Positions 12,175-22,395 are shown, counted from the stretch's first letter. The stretch is DNA of 64,000 bases from an uncultured Gammaproteobacteria bacterium (GCA_963848305.1 CAWKDC010000001.1:1248001-1312000), one strand, 5' to 3'. The notes: a model not told the origin generated them from the letters alone. Program-made: numbers and translations.

Positions 12175-12210
12175 CTATACCTCTCATGCAGATATGAGTT
12201 TGACACCTTA

Positions 12211-12760
12211 TCATGGGGAATGCAAGCCTTTTAAGCGCTCCACCCACATCAGGGCCGCCACAGAACGGGATTCCTGGAAGTCAGGGTGACCTAGCAAGCC
12301 ATCCAGGTCTTTAATGGGCGAACGGACGACCTCTAAGGGCTCTGGTTCGTCGCCGGGTAATGTCGAGGGATACAGGTCTTCTGCCAAGACCACATGCGTT
12401 TTCATGCTGCTGTAGCCTGGGTTCATGGTGAAAGTGGTGAGGGTGCGGGCACTGCCTGGCCCCCAGCCCTGCTTCTTCTTGTAATTCACGGTGGGCGGCG
12501 TGTTCGGGCGTTTCGCCCGGGTCAATCAGACCCTTGGGGAAGCCCAGAGTATAGGCTTCAATCCCAACCCCATATTCCCTGACCAAAATCAATTCATGAT
12601 GATCAATGGCTACGACCATCACAGCTTCGGGGACGCGGCTTTTAAGGCGTTCATAATGACGTTCTTCCCCATTACTGAAACGCAAATGGACGGTTTCAAT
12701 CTCAAATAAACGGGATTTGGCGGTTGGGGTGACGGATAAAAGCGTGGGTTTCTTGGGCAT
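12211..12760 (-). CDS. nudE: ADP-compounds hydrolase NudE (frameshift near 12450)
   Basis: SRLFEIE..LRFSNG..YERL and Nudix box GLIDPGETPEHAAHRELQEEAG; C-terminal PGY..LAEDLYP..LPGDEPEPLEV lies in a second frame. Confidence 0.88.
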
Positions 12761-12803
12761 GGGGGTGTTTCCTGAAGTCAAAAAGCGCTATACTGATTCT
12801 ACC

Positions 12804-13313
12804 ATGACTGTTCGTAAAATCTTAACATCACCCGATCCTCGGCTGTTTGTGGTCACGCGTCGCGTGACCAGCTTCGATTTGTCATTAGAAACCCTTATTC
12901 AGGATATGTTTGAGACGATGTACGCGACCGAGAATGGCGTGGGCCTGGCCGCCACGCAAATTGGGGAAGATGTGTGTGTGGCAGTGATTGATGTCTCGCC
13001 ACAGCGCAATGAACCTTTGGTCTTGGTGAACCCTGAAATTTTAGAACGGCGTGACATGATTTATTTTAAAGAAGGTTGTTTATCGGTTCCCTTTGTGGAC
13101 GATAAAGTGGAACGCGCGAATTGGATTCGATTTGCCGCGCAAGATCACCGTGGTGTGCGCTATGAGCGTGAAGCCGAAGGTCTGCTCGCAGAATGTGTGC
13201 AGCATGAATACGATCATTTGCAAGGAAAACTTTATTATCACTTGTTATCTCATCTCAAAAGAGACCGCTTAATCAAGCGATATCAAAAAATTTTAAAGGA
13301 AAATCATAATTGA
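12804..13313 (+). CDS. def: Peptide deformylase
   Basis: GVGLAATQIG, EGCLSVP and QHEYDHLQG motifs. Confidence 0.96.
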   Translation: MTVRKILTSPDPRLFVVTRRVTSFDLSLETLIQDMFETMYATENGVGLAATQIGEDVCVAVIDVSPQRNEPLVLVNPEILERRDMIYFKEGCLSVPFVDDKVERANWIRFAAQDHRGVRYEREAEGLLAECVQHEYDHLQGKLYYHLLSHLKRDRLIKRYQKILKENHN

Positions 13314-14878
13314 TAGATTTGCATGTATTCAATGACTCGGTACTGTCTTTAGTTCCAGCTGTGTTAGCGATCAGTTTATCCATGCTCACCCGTCGCGTGC
13401 TATTGTCGTTGGCCATCGCAGTGTTAACAGGCGCATTATTGTTGACGGATTTCAATGTGCTCCATGCAGCGCAATATATTGGCATCAGTGCCCTTGGTTT
13501 GGTGTGGAAAGAAGGTGCATTGAATGTCTGGAATTTGTCGTTGATTTCATTTTTGTTATTGTTGGGTATATTGACGGCATTCATCACGCGCATGGGCGGC
13601 ACAAAAGCGTTTGGCGTTTGGGCGCTCACACACATCCACACGCAGCGAGGCGCGCGTTTATTCACGGTGTCGCTGGGGATGATGATTTTTATCGATGATT
13701 ATTTCAGCAGTTTAGCTGTTGGGCAAGTTGCACGCCCGGTGACGGATCAACACAAAATTGCACGTGCCAAATTAGCCTATTTAATTGATTCAACGTCTGC
13801 CCCTGTGTGCGTATTATCTCCATTATCCAGCTGGGGTGCCTATATCATGGGCATTTTAACGTTGATCCTGACAACTCATCAGATTGAACAATATTCTGCA
13901 TTGTCCGTTTTTTTTGAATTGATTCCTTACAATTTTTATCCTTTCATGGCATTGATGTTTGTATTTGTGATTGCATACACAGGATGGGGTATCGGCCCTA
14001 TGAAAGGTCATTTAATCCGCGCGAGTTTGGGTGAATTATTTCCAACGGGAAAAGGATCGGTGCCGGGTGAAATCACCAAGATTGTGATTGATGATCGGGG
14101 ACGTGTACGTGATTTATTGGTGCCGATTATCATGTTGATTGTGTGTGCAATGGTGTTGATCTTTGCATTGGGTTGGAATGGCATTCATGCCAATGGCCAG
14201 CCTTTTTCAGTGATGCGAGTTTTAGAATACACAGATGTCGGCACAGCTCTATTGTTGGCGGCGATCATTGCACTGGGGAGTTGTTTGGTATTGTCTGTTG
14301 CCCACCGGTTTTCATTGAAGGATTATGGGCAAGTATTTTTATCCGGTTTTCGTTCCATGATGCCCGCGATTTATATTTTATTATTTGCATGGATGATCAT
14401 CGACGTGATTGGTGCAATGGGCACGGGCGAATATCTAGCGCATTTTATCCATCGCAATTTACCCATCGCATTATTGCCCATGTTATTGTTTTTGCTATCG
14501 GGAGTCATGGCGTTCTCAACAGGCACCAGCTGGGGAACATTTGGGATCATGCTGCCGATCGCGGCGAATATTGCATTAGCGGTTGAGCCGGCATTTTTAA
14601 TGCCGATGATGGGTGCAGTGTTATCGGGTGCATTGTTTGGTGATCACGCCTCGCCCATATCAGATACGACGATTTTATCGGCAACGGGCGCGGGTTGTCA
14701 TTTGATGGATCACGTCGTCACGCAAATGCCTTATGCATTATTGGCTGCTTTGTTGGTGTCATTCGGGTTTCTCGTCTACGGTTTCACGCAGACGTATGTA
14801 TGGGCAGTCTTGGCCATGCTGCTGGGGTTTTCAGTGGTGATGGGGATCATCAAATCCGTGAGCGCGTGTCGTTCGTGA
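13310..14878 (+). CDS. Na+/H+ antiporter NhaC family transporter (likely amino-acid transporter)
   Basis: FIDDYF, LAYLIDSTSAP, TGTSWGTFGI, GDHASPISDTTILS and HVVTQMPYA. Confidence 0.92.
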   Translation: MIDLHVFNDSVLSLVPAVLAISLSMLTRRVLLSLAIAVLTGALLLTDFNVLHAAQYIGISALGLVWKEGALNVWNLSLISFLLLLGILTAFITRMGGTKAFGVWALTHIHTQRGARLFTVSLGMMIFIDDYFSSLAVGQVARPVTDQHKIARAKLAYLIDSTSAPVCVLSPLSSWGAYIMGILTLILTTHQIEQYSALSVFFELIPYNFYPFMALMFVFVIAYTGWGIGPMKGHLIRASLGELFPTGKGSVPGEITKIVIDDRGRVRDLLVPIIMLIVCAMVLIFALGWNGIHANGQPFSVMRVLEYTDVGTALLLAAIIALGSCLVLSVAHRFSLKDYGQVFLSGFRSMMPAIYILLFAWMIIDVIGAMGTGEYLAHFIHRNLPIALLPMLLFLLSGVMAFSTGTSWGTFGIMLPIAANIALAVEPAFLMPMMGAVLSGALFGDHASPISDTTILSATGAGCHLMDHVVTQMPYALLAALLVSFGFLVYGFTQTYVWAVLAMLLGFSVVMGIIKSVSACRS

Positions 14879-15173
14879 GTCTTGATAAGGCTTCACGGGC
14901 GGGTGCATAACCTTGAACGGCAGATTTTTGCATCCAGAAGTAGCCTTGAGTTCTATCCCGCTTCACACCTAATCCATAAAAGAATTGGTACCCGATGGTG
15001 TATTGGGCTTCGGCATCCCCGTGCTGAGCGAGGGGCATTAAGAGTGTGGCCGAACGCTCATAATCACCCGCCTGAAAGGCGGTTTGGGCCATTTCCATAG
15101 GGTCTTCTTGCTTAGGCTGGCTGGCACAACCCAATAACAGGGTTAGCAGGGAAATCATCAGTAAATTTTTCAT
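14850..15173 (-). CDS. Sel1-repeat lipoprotein
   Basis: Lipobox LLGC; Sel1 repeat GDAEAQYTIGYQFFYGLGVKRDRTQGYFWMQKSAVQG. Confidence 0.85.
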   Translation of the reverse strand: MKNLLMISLLTLLLGCASQPKQEDPMEMAQTAFQAGDYERSATLLMPLAQHGDAEAQYTIGYQFFYGLGVKRDRTQGYFWMQKSAVQGYAPAREALSRLTNDTRSRI

Positions 15174-15226
15174 GGTCAAATATCCTCTCAATGTGGTAAT
15201 CTTAACCCTTTTAGACGGGTTTTGCC

Positions 15227-15873
15227 ATGCCAAATAGCGTTGATTTAACATTGCCTAATGACGGCCCCTCCTCATGCATTCCTGCTGCGCGCCATGCTGT
15301 GGGGATATGATGCAACGGCTGAAAGATGCTGGTGTCGAATATACGGTCTTTTTTTATAATCCCAATATTCATCCCCGCGATGAATATGAATTACGCAAAA
15401 ATGAGAACATTCGTTTTGCAGAAAAATTGGGCGTGCCTTTTGTGGATGGTGATTACAACACAGAAGATTGGTTTGCGAAAGCGCAAGGCATGGAACATGA
15501 ACCTGAGCGTGGTATTCGTTGCACGGCATGTTTTGACATGCGTTTTGAAGTTTCCGCGGCGTATGCAAAACTCCACGGTTTTCCCGTGTATACCAGTTCT
15601 TTATCGATTTCACGCTGGAAAAATAAATTTCAAATTGATGAATCCGGCGTGCGTGCCGCTTCACGTTATCCCGGCATGATTTATTGGACAGTGGATTGGC
15701 GCAAAGATGGGGGATCTGCGCGCATGCTGGAACTGTCAAAAGAAGAACATTTTTACCAACAAGAATATTGCGGATGTGTGTATTCCTTGCGCGATACCAA
15801 TCGGTGGCGGCTGCAAAACGGTCGGGAGCGGATTGAGCGAGGGAAGATGTTTTATGGACAAAATGATGGATAA
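15227..15873 (+). CDS. queH: Epoxyqueuosine reductase QueH (DUF208); 5' frameshift in a C-run near 15265
   Basis: [21 protein letters not shown] and [11 protein letters not shown]. Confidence 0.92.
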
Positions 15874-15888
15874 AAAAGTTTTTGCTCT

Positions 15889-15918
15889 TGTAGGGATGCA
15901 GCATGCTGCACCCTTACA
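15889..15918. repeat. GTAG-type REP palindrome
   Basis: TGTAGGGATGCAGCATGCTGCACCCTTACA; near-identical core at 34985-35012. Confidence 0.8.
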
Positions 15919-15994
15919 AATAAGGCGAATTTTGATAGACAGGCTATACTTAGCATAACAATATAACGTAGTTGCCTAAACATAAGCGGTTGTT

Positions 15995-17839
15995 ATGAAA
16001 AAGCTATTTGATATTCAACAAGTTATAGCCATCCTCGCAGCGCTCAGCATCGGTATCAGCTTGCTGTGCCAGTATGCTTTTGCACCGTCACTCTATTCAT
16101 ACCATTTATACCCCTTATACTTTATTTTGGTCATAGGTGGAACCCCGCTTGTTTGGGATATTATCCGTAAAATTGTGAAAGGCAATTTTGGTGCTGATTT
16201 ATTGGCCGGCATGTCCATTGTCACAGCGGCGTTGCTCGATCAATACCTTGCAGGCGCTATTGTTGTGTTAATGTTGTCGGGTGGCGAAGCCATTGAAAAT
16301 TACAGCATCAAAACGGCATCCAAAGTATTGGACGCCCTTGCCAAACGAGCGCCAACAATTGCACATTTTAAACAGGGAAATGAGATCAAGGATGTTCGCG
16401 TTGGTGACATAAAAATCAATGATCAAGTGGTTATATTTCCGCATGAAACCTGTCCCGTCGATGGTGAAGTGATGGAAGGTAATGGCGTGATGGATGAATC
16501 TTACCTCACCGGTGAACCTTTCCTCATTTCAAAAGCGCCCGGATCGTTGGTCATGTCTGGTGCGATCAATGGCGAAGAATCACTCACGATTAAAGCGACT
16601 GCATTGGCAGTCGATTCTCGTTATGCGAAAATCATGCAAGTGATGGTGGATTCACAATCAAAAAGACCACACATGCGGCGTTTGGCGGATACATTGGGGG
16701 CGTGGTTTACACCGCTCGCGTTGATCATTGCGATCATTGCTTGGGCATTAACAGGCGATCCTGTGCGATTTTTAGCGGTGCTCGTGATTGCAACGCCATG
16801 TCCTTTATTGATCGCGATTCCAGTGGCCATTATTGGATCGATTTCACTGTGCGCGAGCCGCGGCATCATCATTAAAAACCCCATTGTGCTAGAACAAATT
16901 GATCAATGTAAAACCATTATTTTTGATAAAACAGGTACGCTCACCTATGGCAAACCTACGTTGGTTGATCAATTACCCTTCAATGGAAATGATGCCAAAC
17001 AAACATTAAAGTTCGCCGCTAGCCTTGAACGTTATTCAAAACATCCGCTTGCCAAAGCATTATTAGATGCTGCGAAAAAAGAAGAATGTGATCTGATCAA
17101 GGCTGATCACATCAAAGAAGTGAAGGGTGAATATTTGAGGGGAACAGTACAACAGCATGATGTGATCATCACCAGTCGCAAGCAATTGAAGCATTTTAAT
17201 TTGGCTGATCATGAATCTCTTTTACCTCAGGGTACAGGATTGGAATGTGTGGTGATCATTGACGGAAAGCTTGCTGCGTATTACCGTTTCCGCGACACGC
17301 CCCGTGCTGAAGGGGTCGCATTTATTGAGCATTTACGTCCTAGCCACCAATTTGAAAAAATCATGATTGTGTCAGGCGATCGCGAAGAAGAAGTACGCTA
17401 TTTGGCGGATATGCTGAAAATCCCGCTTGTCTATGCCGGCAAAAGCCCAGAAGAGAAATTAAAGATTGTTCAGCATGAAGTGTCACTTGCAAAAACTGCC
17501 TATTTGGGCGATGGTATTAATGATGCGCCCGCATTGATGGCGGCGAATGTCGGTATTGGTTTCGGACAAAACAGTGACGTCACATCCGAAGCGGCGGGTG
17601 CAGTGATCATGGACAGTTCACTGGAACACGTAGATGAATTTTTGCACATCAGTCGTCGCATGCGCCACATTGCCTTACAAAGTGCACTGTGGGGGATGGG
17701 CTTGTCACTGATTGGGATGATGGTGGCCGCAGCAGGATATTTACCGCCTGTTGGTGGAGCCATCACGCAAGAGGTGATTGACGTGTTAGTGATTTTGAAT
17801 TCGCTGAGGACACTTGTGGAAACCTCGGCAACTGAGTGA
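15995..17839 (+). CDS. Heavy-metal P-type ATPase, P1B-5-like
   Basis: LTGEP, ATPCPL, DKTGTLT, SKHP, GDGINDAPAL and QEVID; no N-terminal metal-binding or C-terminal hemerythrin domain. Confidence 0.9.
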   Translation: MKKLFDIQQVIAILAALSIGISLLCQYAFAPSLYSYHLYPLYFILVIGGTPLVWDIIRKIVKGNFGADLLAGMSIVTAALLDQYLAGAIVVLMLSGGEAIENYSIKTASKVLDALAKRAPTIAHFKQGNEIKDVRVGDIKINDQVVIFPHETCPVDGEVMEGNGVMDESYLTGEPFLISKAPGSLVMSGAINGEESLTIKATALAVDSRYAKIMQVMVDSQSKRPHMRRLADTLGAWFTPLALIIAIIAWALTGDPVRFLAVLVIATPCPLLIAIPVAIIGSISLCASRGIIIKNPIVLEQIDQCKTIIFDKTGTLTYGKPTLVDQLPFNGNDAKQTLKFAASLERYSKHPLAKALLDAAKKEECDLIKADHIKEVKGEYLRGTVQQHDVIITSRKQLKHFNLADHESLLPQGTGLECVVIIDGKLAAYYRFRDTPRAEGVAFIEHLRPSHQFEKIMIVSGDREEEVRYLADMLKIPLVYAGKSPEEKLKIVQHEVSLAKTAYLGDGINDAPALMAANVGIGFGQNSDVTSEAAGAVIMDSSLEHVDEFLHISRRMRHIALQSALWGMGLSLIGMMVAAAGYLPPVGGAITQEVIDVLVILNSLRTLVETSATE

Positions 17840-17874
17840 TATTTTTGATGGCCACAATCATGAGGAGGTGTGAA

Positions 17875-17991
17875 ATGGAAGGTATGTTTTTAAATTTGGC
17901 AATGGTGTTAATCGTGCTCATGCTCGTTGGTATTGTGCTGACGGCGTATGAGTTCCGTGAGCATATTACCAAGCGGTTTAAGAAGAAGTAG
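17875..17991 (+). CDS. 38-aa single-transmembrane microprotein (not in the ORF track)
   Basis: Strong RBS GAGGAGG just upstream of the ATG; MEGMFLNLAMVLIVLMLVGIVLTAYEFREHITKRFKKK. Confidence 0.6.
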   Translation: MEGMFLNLAMVLIVLMLVGIVLTAYEFREHITKRFKKK

Positions 17992-18009
17992 GACATTTCA
18001 TTATTGTTT

Positions 18010-18180
18010 GAAGAGAGTCGTAATGCATTGATTAGATTGGCAATACGAGAGTTTCTGGGCCATCAAAAGGCCTCGAAATGGCCTCATGCCGTCCAGACAT
18101 TTCGTGGGGTGCCTGAATTCCCAGCATTTGAGGCATTTCGATCTGAACTTATCCCACCCAAAGAGGACCCCTTGGCGTGA
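18010..18180 (+). pseudogene. 5'-truncated RHH/CopG-type antitoxin (VapB-like)
   Basis: ESRNALIRLAIREFL..KWP..F.G.PEFPAFEAFRSELIPPKEDPLA*; GTGA overlap with the downstream PIN gene; no intact N-terminus. Confidence 0.65.
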
Positions 18181-18365
18181 AGTGTTTACTCGATACCTGT
18201 GTTGTCAGTGATTTTATCAAAGGGAATGCACCAAAAGGAACACCCATCGGTAGTGATGATATTTTAATTGCTGCCACAGCGACAACGCATGATTTAATTC
18301 TCGTGACATCAAAGACAAGTGAATTTTCGTGGGTGCCAACCATTCAATTAGAAAATTGGAGATAG
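18177..18365 (+). pseudogene. vapC: VapC PIN-domain toxin with a large internal deletion
   Basis: N-terminal LLDTCVVSDFIKG fused directly to C-terminal GTPIGSDDILIAATA..LILVT..EF..LENW; 62 aa against about 130 typical. Confidence 0.75.
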
Positions 18366-18376
18366 CCCAGTTTATT

Positions 18377-19262
18377 TTATTTCTTCTTCGCCCTCGGATG
18401 CGATTGGTCATACACATTGGCCAAGTGTTGAAAATCGAAGGGCCGTGTAAATTTGGGTCGTGCTTAAATTGGCATGGCCTAAAAATTCTTGTACAGATCG
18501 TAAATCCTGGCTCGATTCTAATAAATGACTCGCCACTGAATGCCGCATTTGATGCGGATGTAGCGGCACATTGATCCCGTGCTTTTGCCCAAATAACGCG
18601 ACACGTTTTTGAATGGCGCGCGGTGTGAGACGTTTTCCCTGTTGCGTGATAAACACAGCATCATCTTGAGGTTTCCAGGATGCGCGAATGGTTAGCCATT
18701 GTTGTAATGCGGTGATGGCTTTACTGCCCACAGGCACAATGCGCGTTTTGTTGCCTTTGCCAGTGACGCGTAATAAACCTGATTGAAAATCCAGATCTGC
18801 AATGTTGGATTGGACCAATTCACTGAGACGCAAACCAGATGAATAAAATAATTCCAACATCACATGATCTCTAAAGGTTAAATCGTCTTCTGTGGGTGCA
18901 TCGAGTAATGATTGAATTTGATCCACATCGAGTGTGTCTGGCAATTTTTTATTCGCTTTCGGTACTTTAATCCCCGTGGTGGGATTGTCGGATAATAATG
19001 CGTGGTTTACGCAATACGTGAAAAACCCACGCAAGGCCGCGAGCGCACGCGCCAGAGTGCGTGGCGATTTACCTTCCGCATGTATGGTCATTAACCATTG
19101 TTGAATCACAGTGGGCGTCAAATCGTTTTGCTTGATATTTCGACTTTTTAAATAAGCAAAAAAACGGCGACAATCTGCCTCGTAATGTTGGCATGTAAGG
19201 GGAGAAAATGCGCGCTCATATCGGCAATAATCGATGTATTGGTTCAACAGTTCATCCAGCAT
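18377..19262 (-). CDS. xerC: Tyrosine recombinase XerC (frameshift near 18437)
   Basis: SGLRLSEL, GKGNKTR, HPHQMRHS and LGHANLSTTQIYT; C-terminus DFQHLANVYDQSHPRAKKK* lies in the adjacent frame; dapF-xerC synteny. Confidence 0.93.
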
Positions 19263-20025
19263 GCCAAACACCTTCGTACACTGTGATGGCGGGTTCAGTC
19301 AGTGTTAATTGATTATCTTGACAATGAACAACCACATCGCCGCCTTGCATGTGTACAGTGATGGGTGATCTTGCAAAATTTTTGGAGATCGCTAAAAAAG
19401 CGCATGCGGTTGCGGCAGATCCGCACGCAGGGGTTAGGCCTACCCCACGTTCAAACGTTTTGACATCAATATCGTGCTCGCCTACGCCACGCATCATGCT
19501 GACATTTACTCCATGAAAACGCGTGTCAGTTTGAAAGTTTTGCGCAATGGTTAAAAAAAGATCTTGGGGGATCTCTTCACGTGTGATCACGTGCGCATTG
19601 CCGATATCAACCGGCGTGAACAAATAGTTATCGACTAAAAAATCATCGAATATCTCTGCTTGACCCATCATCACAGTGACGGTGTGATTGTCATGCATTG
19701 TCGTGTCAATATTTTTTTGATCAATTTCCAATATCAATTTTTTTTTGAGGCTCAAACCTTTTTCATGAATAAATATGGCCAAACATCGCGCGCCGTTGCC
19801 GCAATGCCCTGCCCTACTGCCATCTGCATTAAAAATGGTATACGTAAAATCCCCACCTCGCGTGGCGGGACTGACAATCAAGACTTGATCACAGCCGACA
19901 CCCAAACGCCTATCACACAATGAGCGTATTTCAGCGGGACCGAGCGAAATCGTTTGATTGACGCCATCAATGACCACAAAATCATTGCCTAGCCCGTGCA
20001 TTTTTGTGAATTTAAATGTGCTCAT
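19252..20025 (-). CDS. dapF: Diaminopimelate epimerase
   Basis: KMHGLGNDF, NADGS..CGNGARC and ERGVGLTPACGS. Confidence 0.95.
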   Translation of the reverse strand: MSTFKFTKMHGLGNDFVVIDGVNQTISLGPAEIRSLCDRRLGVGCDQVLIVSPATRGGDFTYTIFNADGSRAGHCGNGARCLAIFIHEKGLSLKKKLILEIDQKNIDTTMHDNHTVTVMMGQAEIFDDFLVDNYLFTPVDIGNAHVITREEIPQDLFLTIAQNFQTDTRFHGVNVSMMRGVGEHDIDVKTFERGVGLTPACGSAATACAFLAISKNFARSPITVHMQGGDVVVHCQDNQLTLTEPAITVYEGVWHAG

Positions 20026-21250
20026 GTTGCCAGAGATCCTCATAAGTTTCTCGTTCGCGGATTAAAACGGGCTTTCCGTTTCGGATCAACACTTCACACG
20101 CGCGAGGCCGTGCATTATATTGAGAGGACATTGACATGCAATATGCGCCTGCGTTTAAGACAGCCAGTAGATCACCGGCTTCGACGGCGAGTGAACGATC
20201 ATGTCCGAAAAAATCGCCAGATTCACACACTGGACCGACGACATCCATGGTTTGCGCAGGAATATTTTTTTGATCGACGGGGCAAATCGTGTGCCACGCT
20301 TCGTATAAAGCAGGACGGATCAAATCGTTCATGCCTGCATCGACAATCGCAAAATGTTTGTCATCGGTTTGTTTCAAATATTCAATGCGTGTCAATAATA
20401 ATCCAGATGGTGCGATAATAAAACGCCCTGGTTCAACCACCAATGTTTCTTGGCGTTTTTCAAATAGCGCTGAAATTTTTTGGCCTAATAATGCGATATC
20501 CATGGGGGATTCATTGTGATAGGCAATACTCATGCCCCCGCCTAAACTCAAAAAACGTAAGGGTTTCCCACCTTGTGCATAATAGGCATCGGCGAGTTGA
20601 AACAGTGTTTGTGCGCTGCTTTCATAGGCGCCAATATCTGTTAATTGTGATCCTAAATGACAGGCAAGCCCTGTCAGTGACACATGCGGCATCGATGAGA
20701 GTGTTTGTAGCAATGCGGGCGCATCTTTATAGGGAATGCCAAATTTGTGCCCCTTCAACCCGGTGGCAATGTATCGATGGGTGATGACATTGATATGCGG
20801 ATTGATGCGAAAGGCAATTGGGGCAATGATATCGAGTTGTGATGCGATGTGGTGAACCCGTTCTAATTCTTCCATGGATTCTATGTTCAAACAAGCAATG
20901 CCTGATGTTAACGCAAACCGGATTTCTGCCGCGGATTTTCCCACCCCAGAAAAAAATATATTCTCAGGAGAGCCGCCCGCTTTTAACACGCGGGCTAATT
21001 CGCCACCAGAGACGATATCGAATTCAGCAGACAATTGTGCCAGTGTGTTGAGGATGGCCAACGACCCATTGGCTTTCACCGCATACGCGATTTTGTGAGG
21101 TACTGTGAAAACGGCATCAATCGCACGATATTGCGCTTTGATGGATGCCTCCCCATAGACGTAGCAGGGCGTGCCAAATTGCGCAGCAATTTGGGCGAGG
21201 GGCAGACCTTCAAAACACAGGGTGTTATTAGCTTCAGTCAGATTTTTCAC
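20012..21250 (-). CDS. lysA: Diaminopimelate decarboxylase
   Basis: YAVKAN, HLGSQ, EPGR and GPVCESGD; likely GTG start at 21250 overlapping lptM. Confidence 0.95.
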   Translation of the reverse strand: MKNLTEANNTLCFEGLPLAQIAAQFGTPCYVYGEASIKAQYRAIDAVFTVPHKIAYAVKANGSLAILNTLAQLSAEFDIVSGGELARVLKAGGSPENIFFSGVGKSAAEIRFALTSGIACLNIESMEELERVHHIASQLDIIAPIAFRINPHINVITHRYIATGLKGHKFGIPYKDAPALLQTLSSMPHVSLTGLACHLGSQLTDIGAYESSAQTLFQLADAYYAQGGKPLRFLSLGGGMSIAYHNESPMDIALLGQKISALFEKRQETLVVEPGRFIIAPSGLLLTRIEYLKQTDDKHFAIVDAGMNDLIRPALYEAWHTICPVDQKNIPAQTMDVVGPVCESGDFFGHDRSLAVEAGDLLAVLNAGAYCMSMSSQYNARPRACEVLIRNGKPVLIRERETYEDLWQHEHI

Positions 21251-21338
21251 TGGGTTTCTCGGGTAAATAAAGGGAGCCTTTTTGTCCGCAGCCCAAGAGA
21301 CAAAAAGCGATGAAAAAAAGACAAAAATAGCGTAGCAT
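21234..21338 (-). CDS. lptM: Small lipoprotein LptM/YifL (LppL)
   Basis: MLRYFCLFFIAFCLLGCGQKGSLYLPEKPSEKSD; the CGxKGxLYLP signature, GAGG RBS and conserved position upstream of lysA-dapF. Confidence 0.85.
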   Translation of the reverse strand: MLRYFCLFFIAFCLLGCGQKGSLYLPEKPSEKSD

Positions 21339-21375
21339 GAATACCTCACCTATTCAGAGAGAGTATATATCTATC

Positions 21376-22017
21376 ATGACAAATAAACTAGCATTTGAAC
21401 GTGTTGCCCACCCTGAAGCGAATGAGTGTATCATTTGGATGCACGGTCTCGGCGCAGATGGGCATGATTTTATGCCGCTGGTGCCCGAGCTCAAGCGTTT
21501 TCGTTCCACTTTTATTTTCCCTCATGCGCCGATGCGCCCTGTCACGATCAACAATCGAGCCGTGATGCGCGCTTGGTATGATATTTATTCGCTGGATTGC
21601 ATGCAGAAAGAAGATGAGGCAGGGTTAATGGCTTCGCGCAACCAAATTCATGCATTGATTGCGTCGATGGAATCAGAAGGATTTAAGAGCACAGATATTG
21701 TGCTGGCAGGTTTTTCACAAGGTGGGGTGATGGCATTATTGGCAGGGTTGTCATATGAACGGCCGTTAAAGGCAATCATTGCGTTATCGTGTTATTTACC
21801 ATTGGCAGCGCAATGGCCCGGGTTGGGTAATCCAGCAAATCAGACCACGCCGATCTTTATGGCGCATGGCAATTGGGATGAGATGTTGCCTTGCACGCTC
21901 GCCAAACAGCATGCGACACAATTAACCCAGTTAGGCTACCATGTCGCCTGGCACGAGTACCCCATGGGGCACTCAGTGTGCGCAGACGAAGTCGCAGATA
22001 TTCGTAAGTTTTTATAA
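21376..22017 (+). CDS. Carboxylesterase/phospholipase (alpha/beta hydrolase)
   Basis: WMHGLGADG, AWYDI, GFSQGG, HGNWD and MGHSV. Confidence 0.92.
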   Translation: MTNKLAFERVAHPEANECIIWMHGLGADGHDFMPLVPELKRFRSTFIFPHAPMRPVTINNRAVMRAWYDIYSLDCMQKEDEAGLMASRNQIHALIASMESEGFKSTDIVLAGFSQGGVMALLAGLSYERPLKAIIALSCYLPLAAQWPGLGNPANQTTPIFMAHGNWDEMLPCTLAKQHATQLTQLGYHVAWHEYPMGHSVCADEVADIRKFL

Positions 22018-22395
22018 TTCCCAAAATTTGCGTTTAGAGCCACTGCCGCAGTTTTGACCACCGGAAGGTCGTTCATTGAAAATGCGTGCGATATCAGCCC
22101 CAGTGATAGTGTCATCAGGGAAGATAAGGGCACGTCGTGCTCCAGTGTTAGGTGTAGGTGCCGTTCCAGCTTCAGGTGCTTGTCGAGGCCCCGGGCTAGA
22201 CCCACTATTATCAGTCGAAACCCTGTTCGCTTCGCTCAGAAGCAGTGGTGCTGATGTAGATCGTGCAGGAGATGGATTAACACGCGGTCGCACTGCGCTT
22301 CTGCGCTGAAGTTTAGGGGGTGCACTGGGTGCACCCGTGGTAGGTGGCGTGTGAGGAGGAGTTTGATTGGGTGTATGTGGGGGAGTATTGCTCAT
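22012..22395 (-). CDS. Orphan Pro/Thr/Ser-rich disordered protein, 127 aa
   Basis: ATG with AAAAGG upstream and its own AT-rich 176-bp upstream region containing TTGCGA-N17-TATTTT; fills the gap between flanking genes. Confidence 0.6.
   Translation of the reverse strand: MSNTPPHTPNQTPPHTPPTTGAPSAPPKLQRRSAVRPRVNPSPARSTSAPLLLSEANRVSTDNSGSSPGPRQAPEAGTAPTPNTGARRALIFPDDTITGADIARIFNERPSGGQNCGSGSKRKFWEL

Noticed and set aside
18377-19262. Integrase marking a prophage or genomic island
   Set aside because: It is chromosomal xerC in the conserved lysA-dapF-xerC operon; no att sites or phage genes nearby
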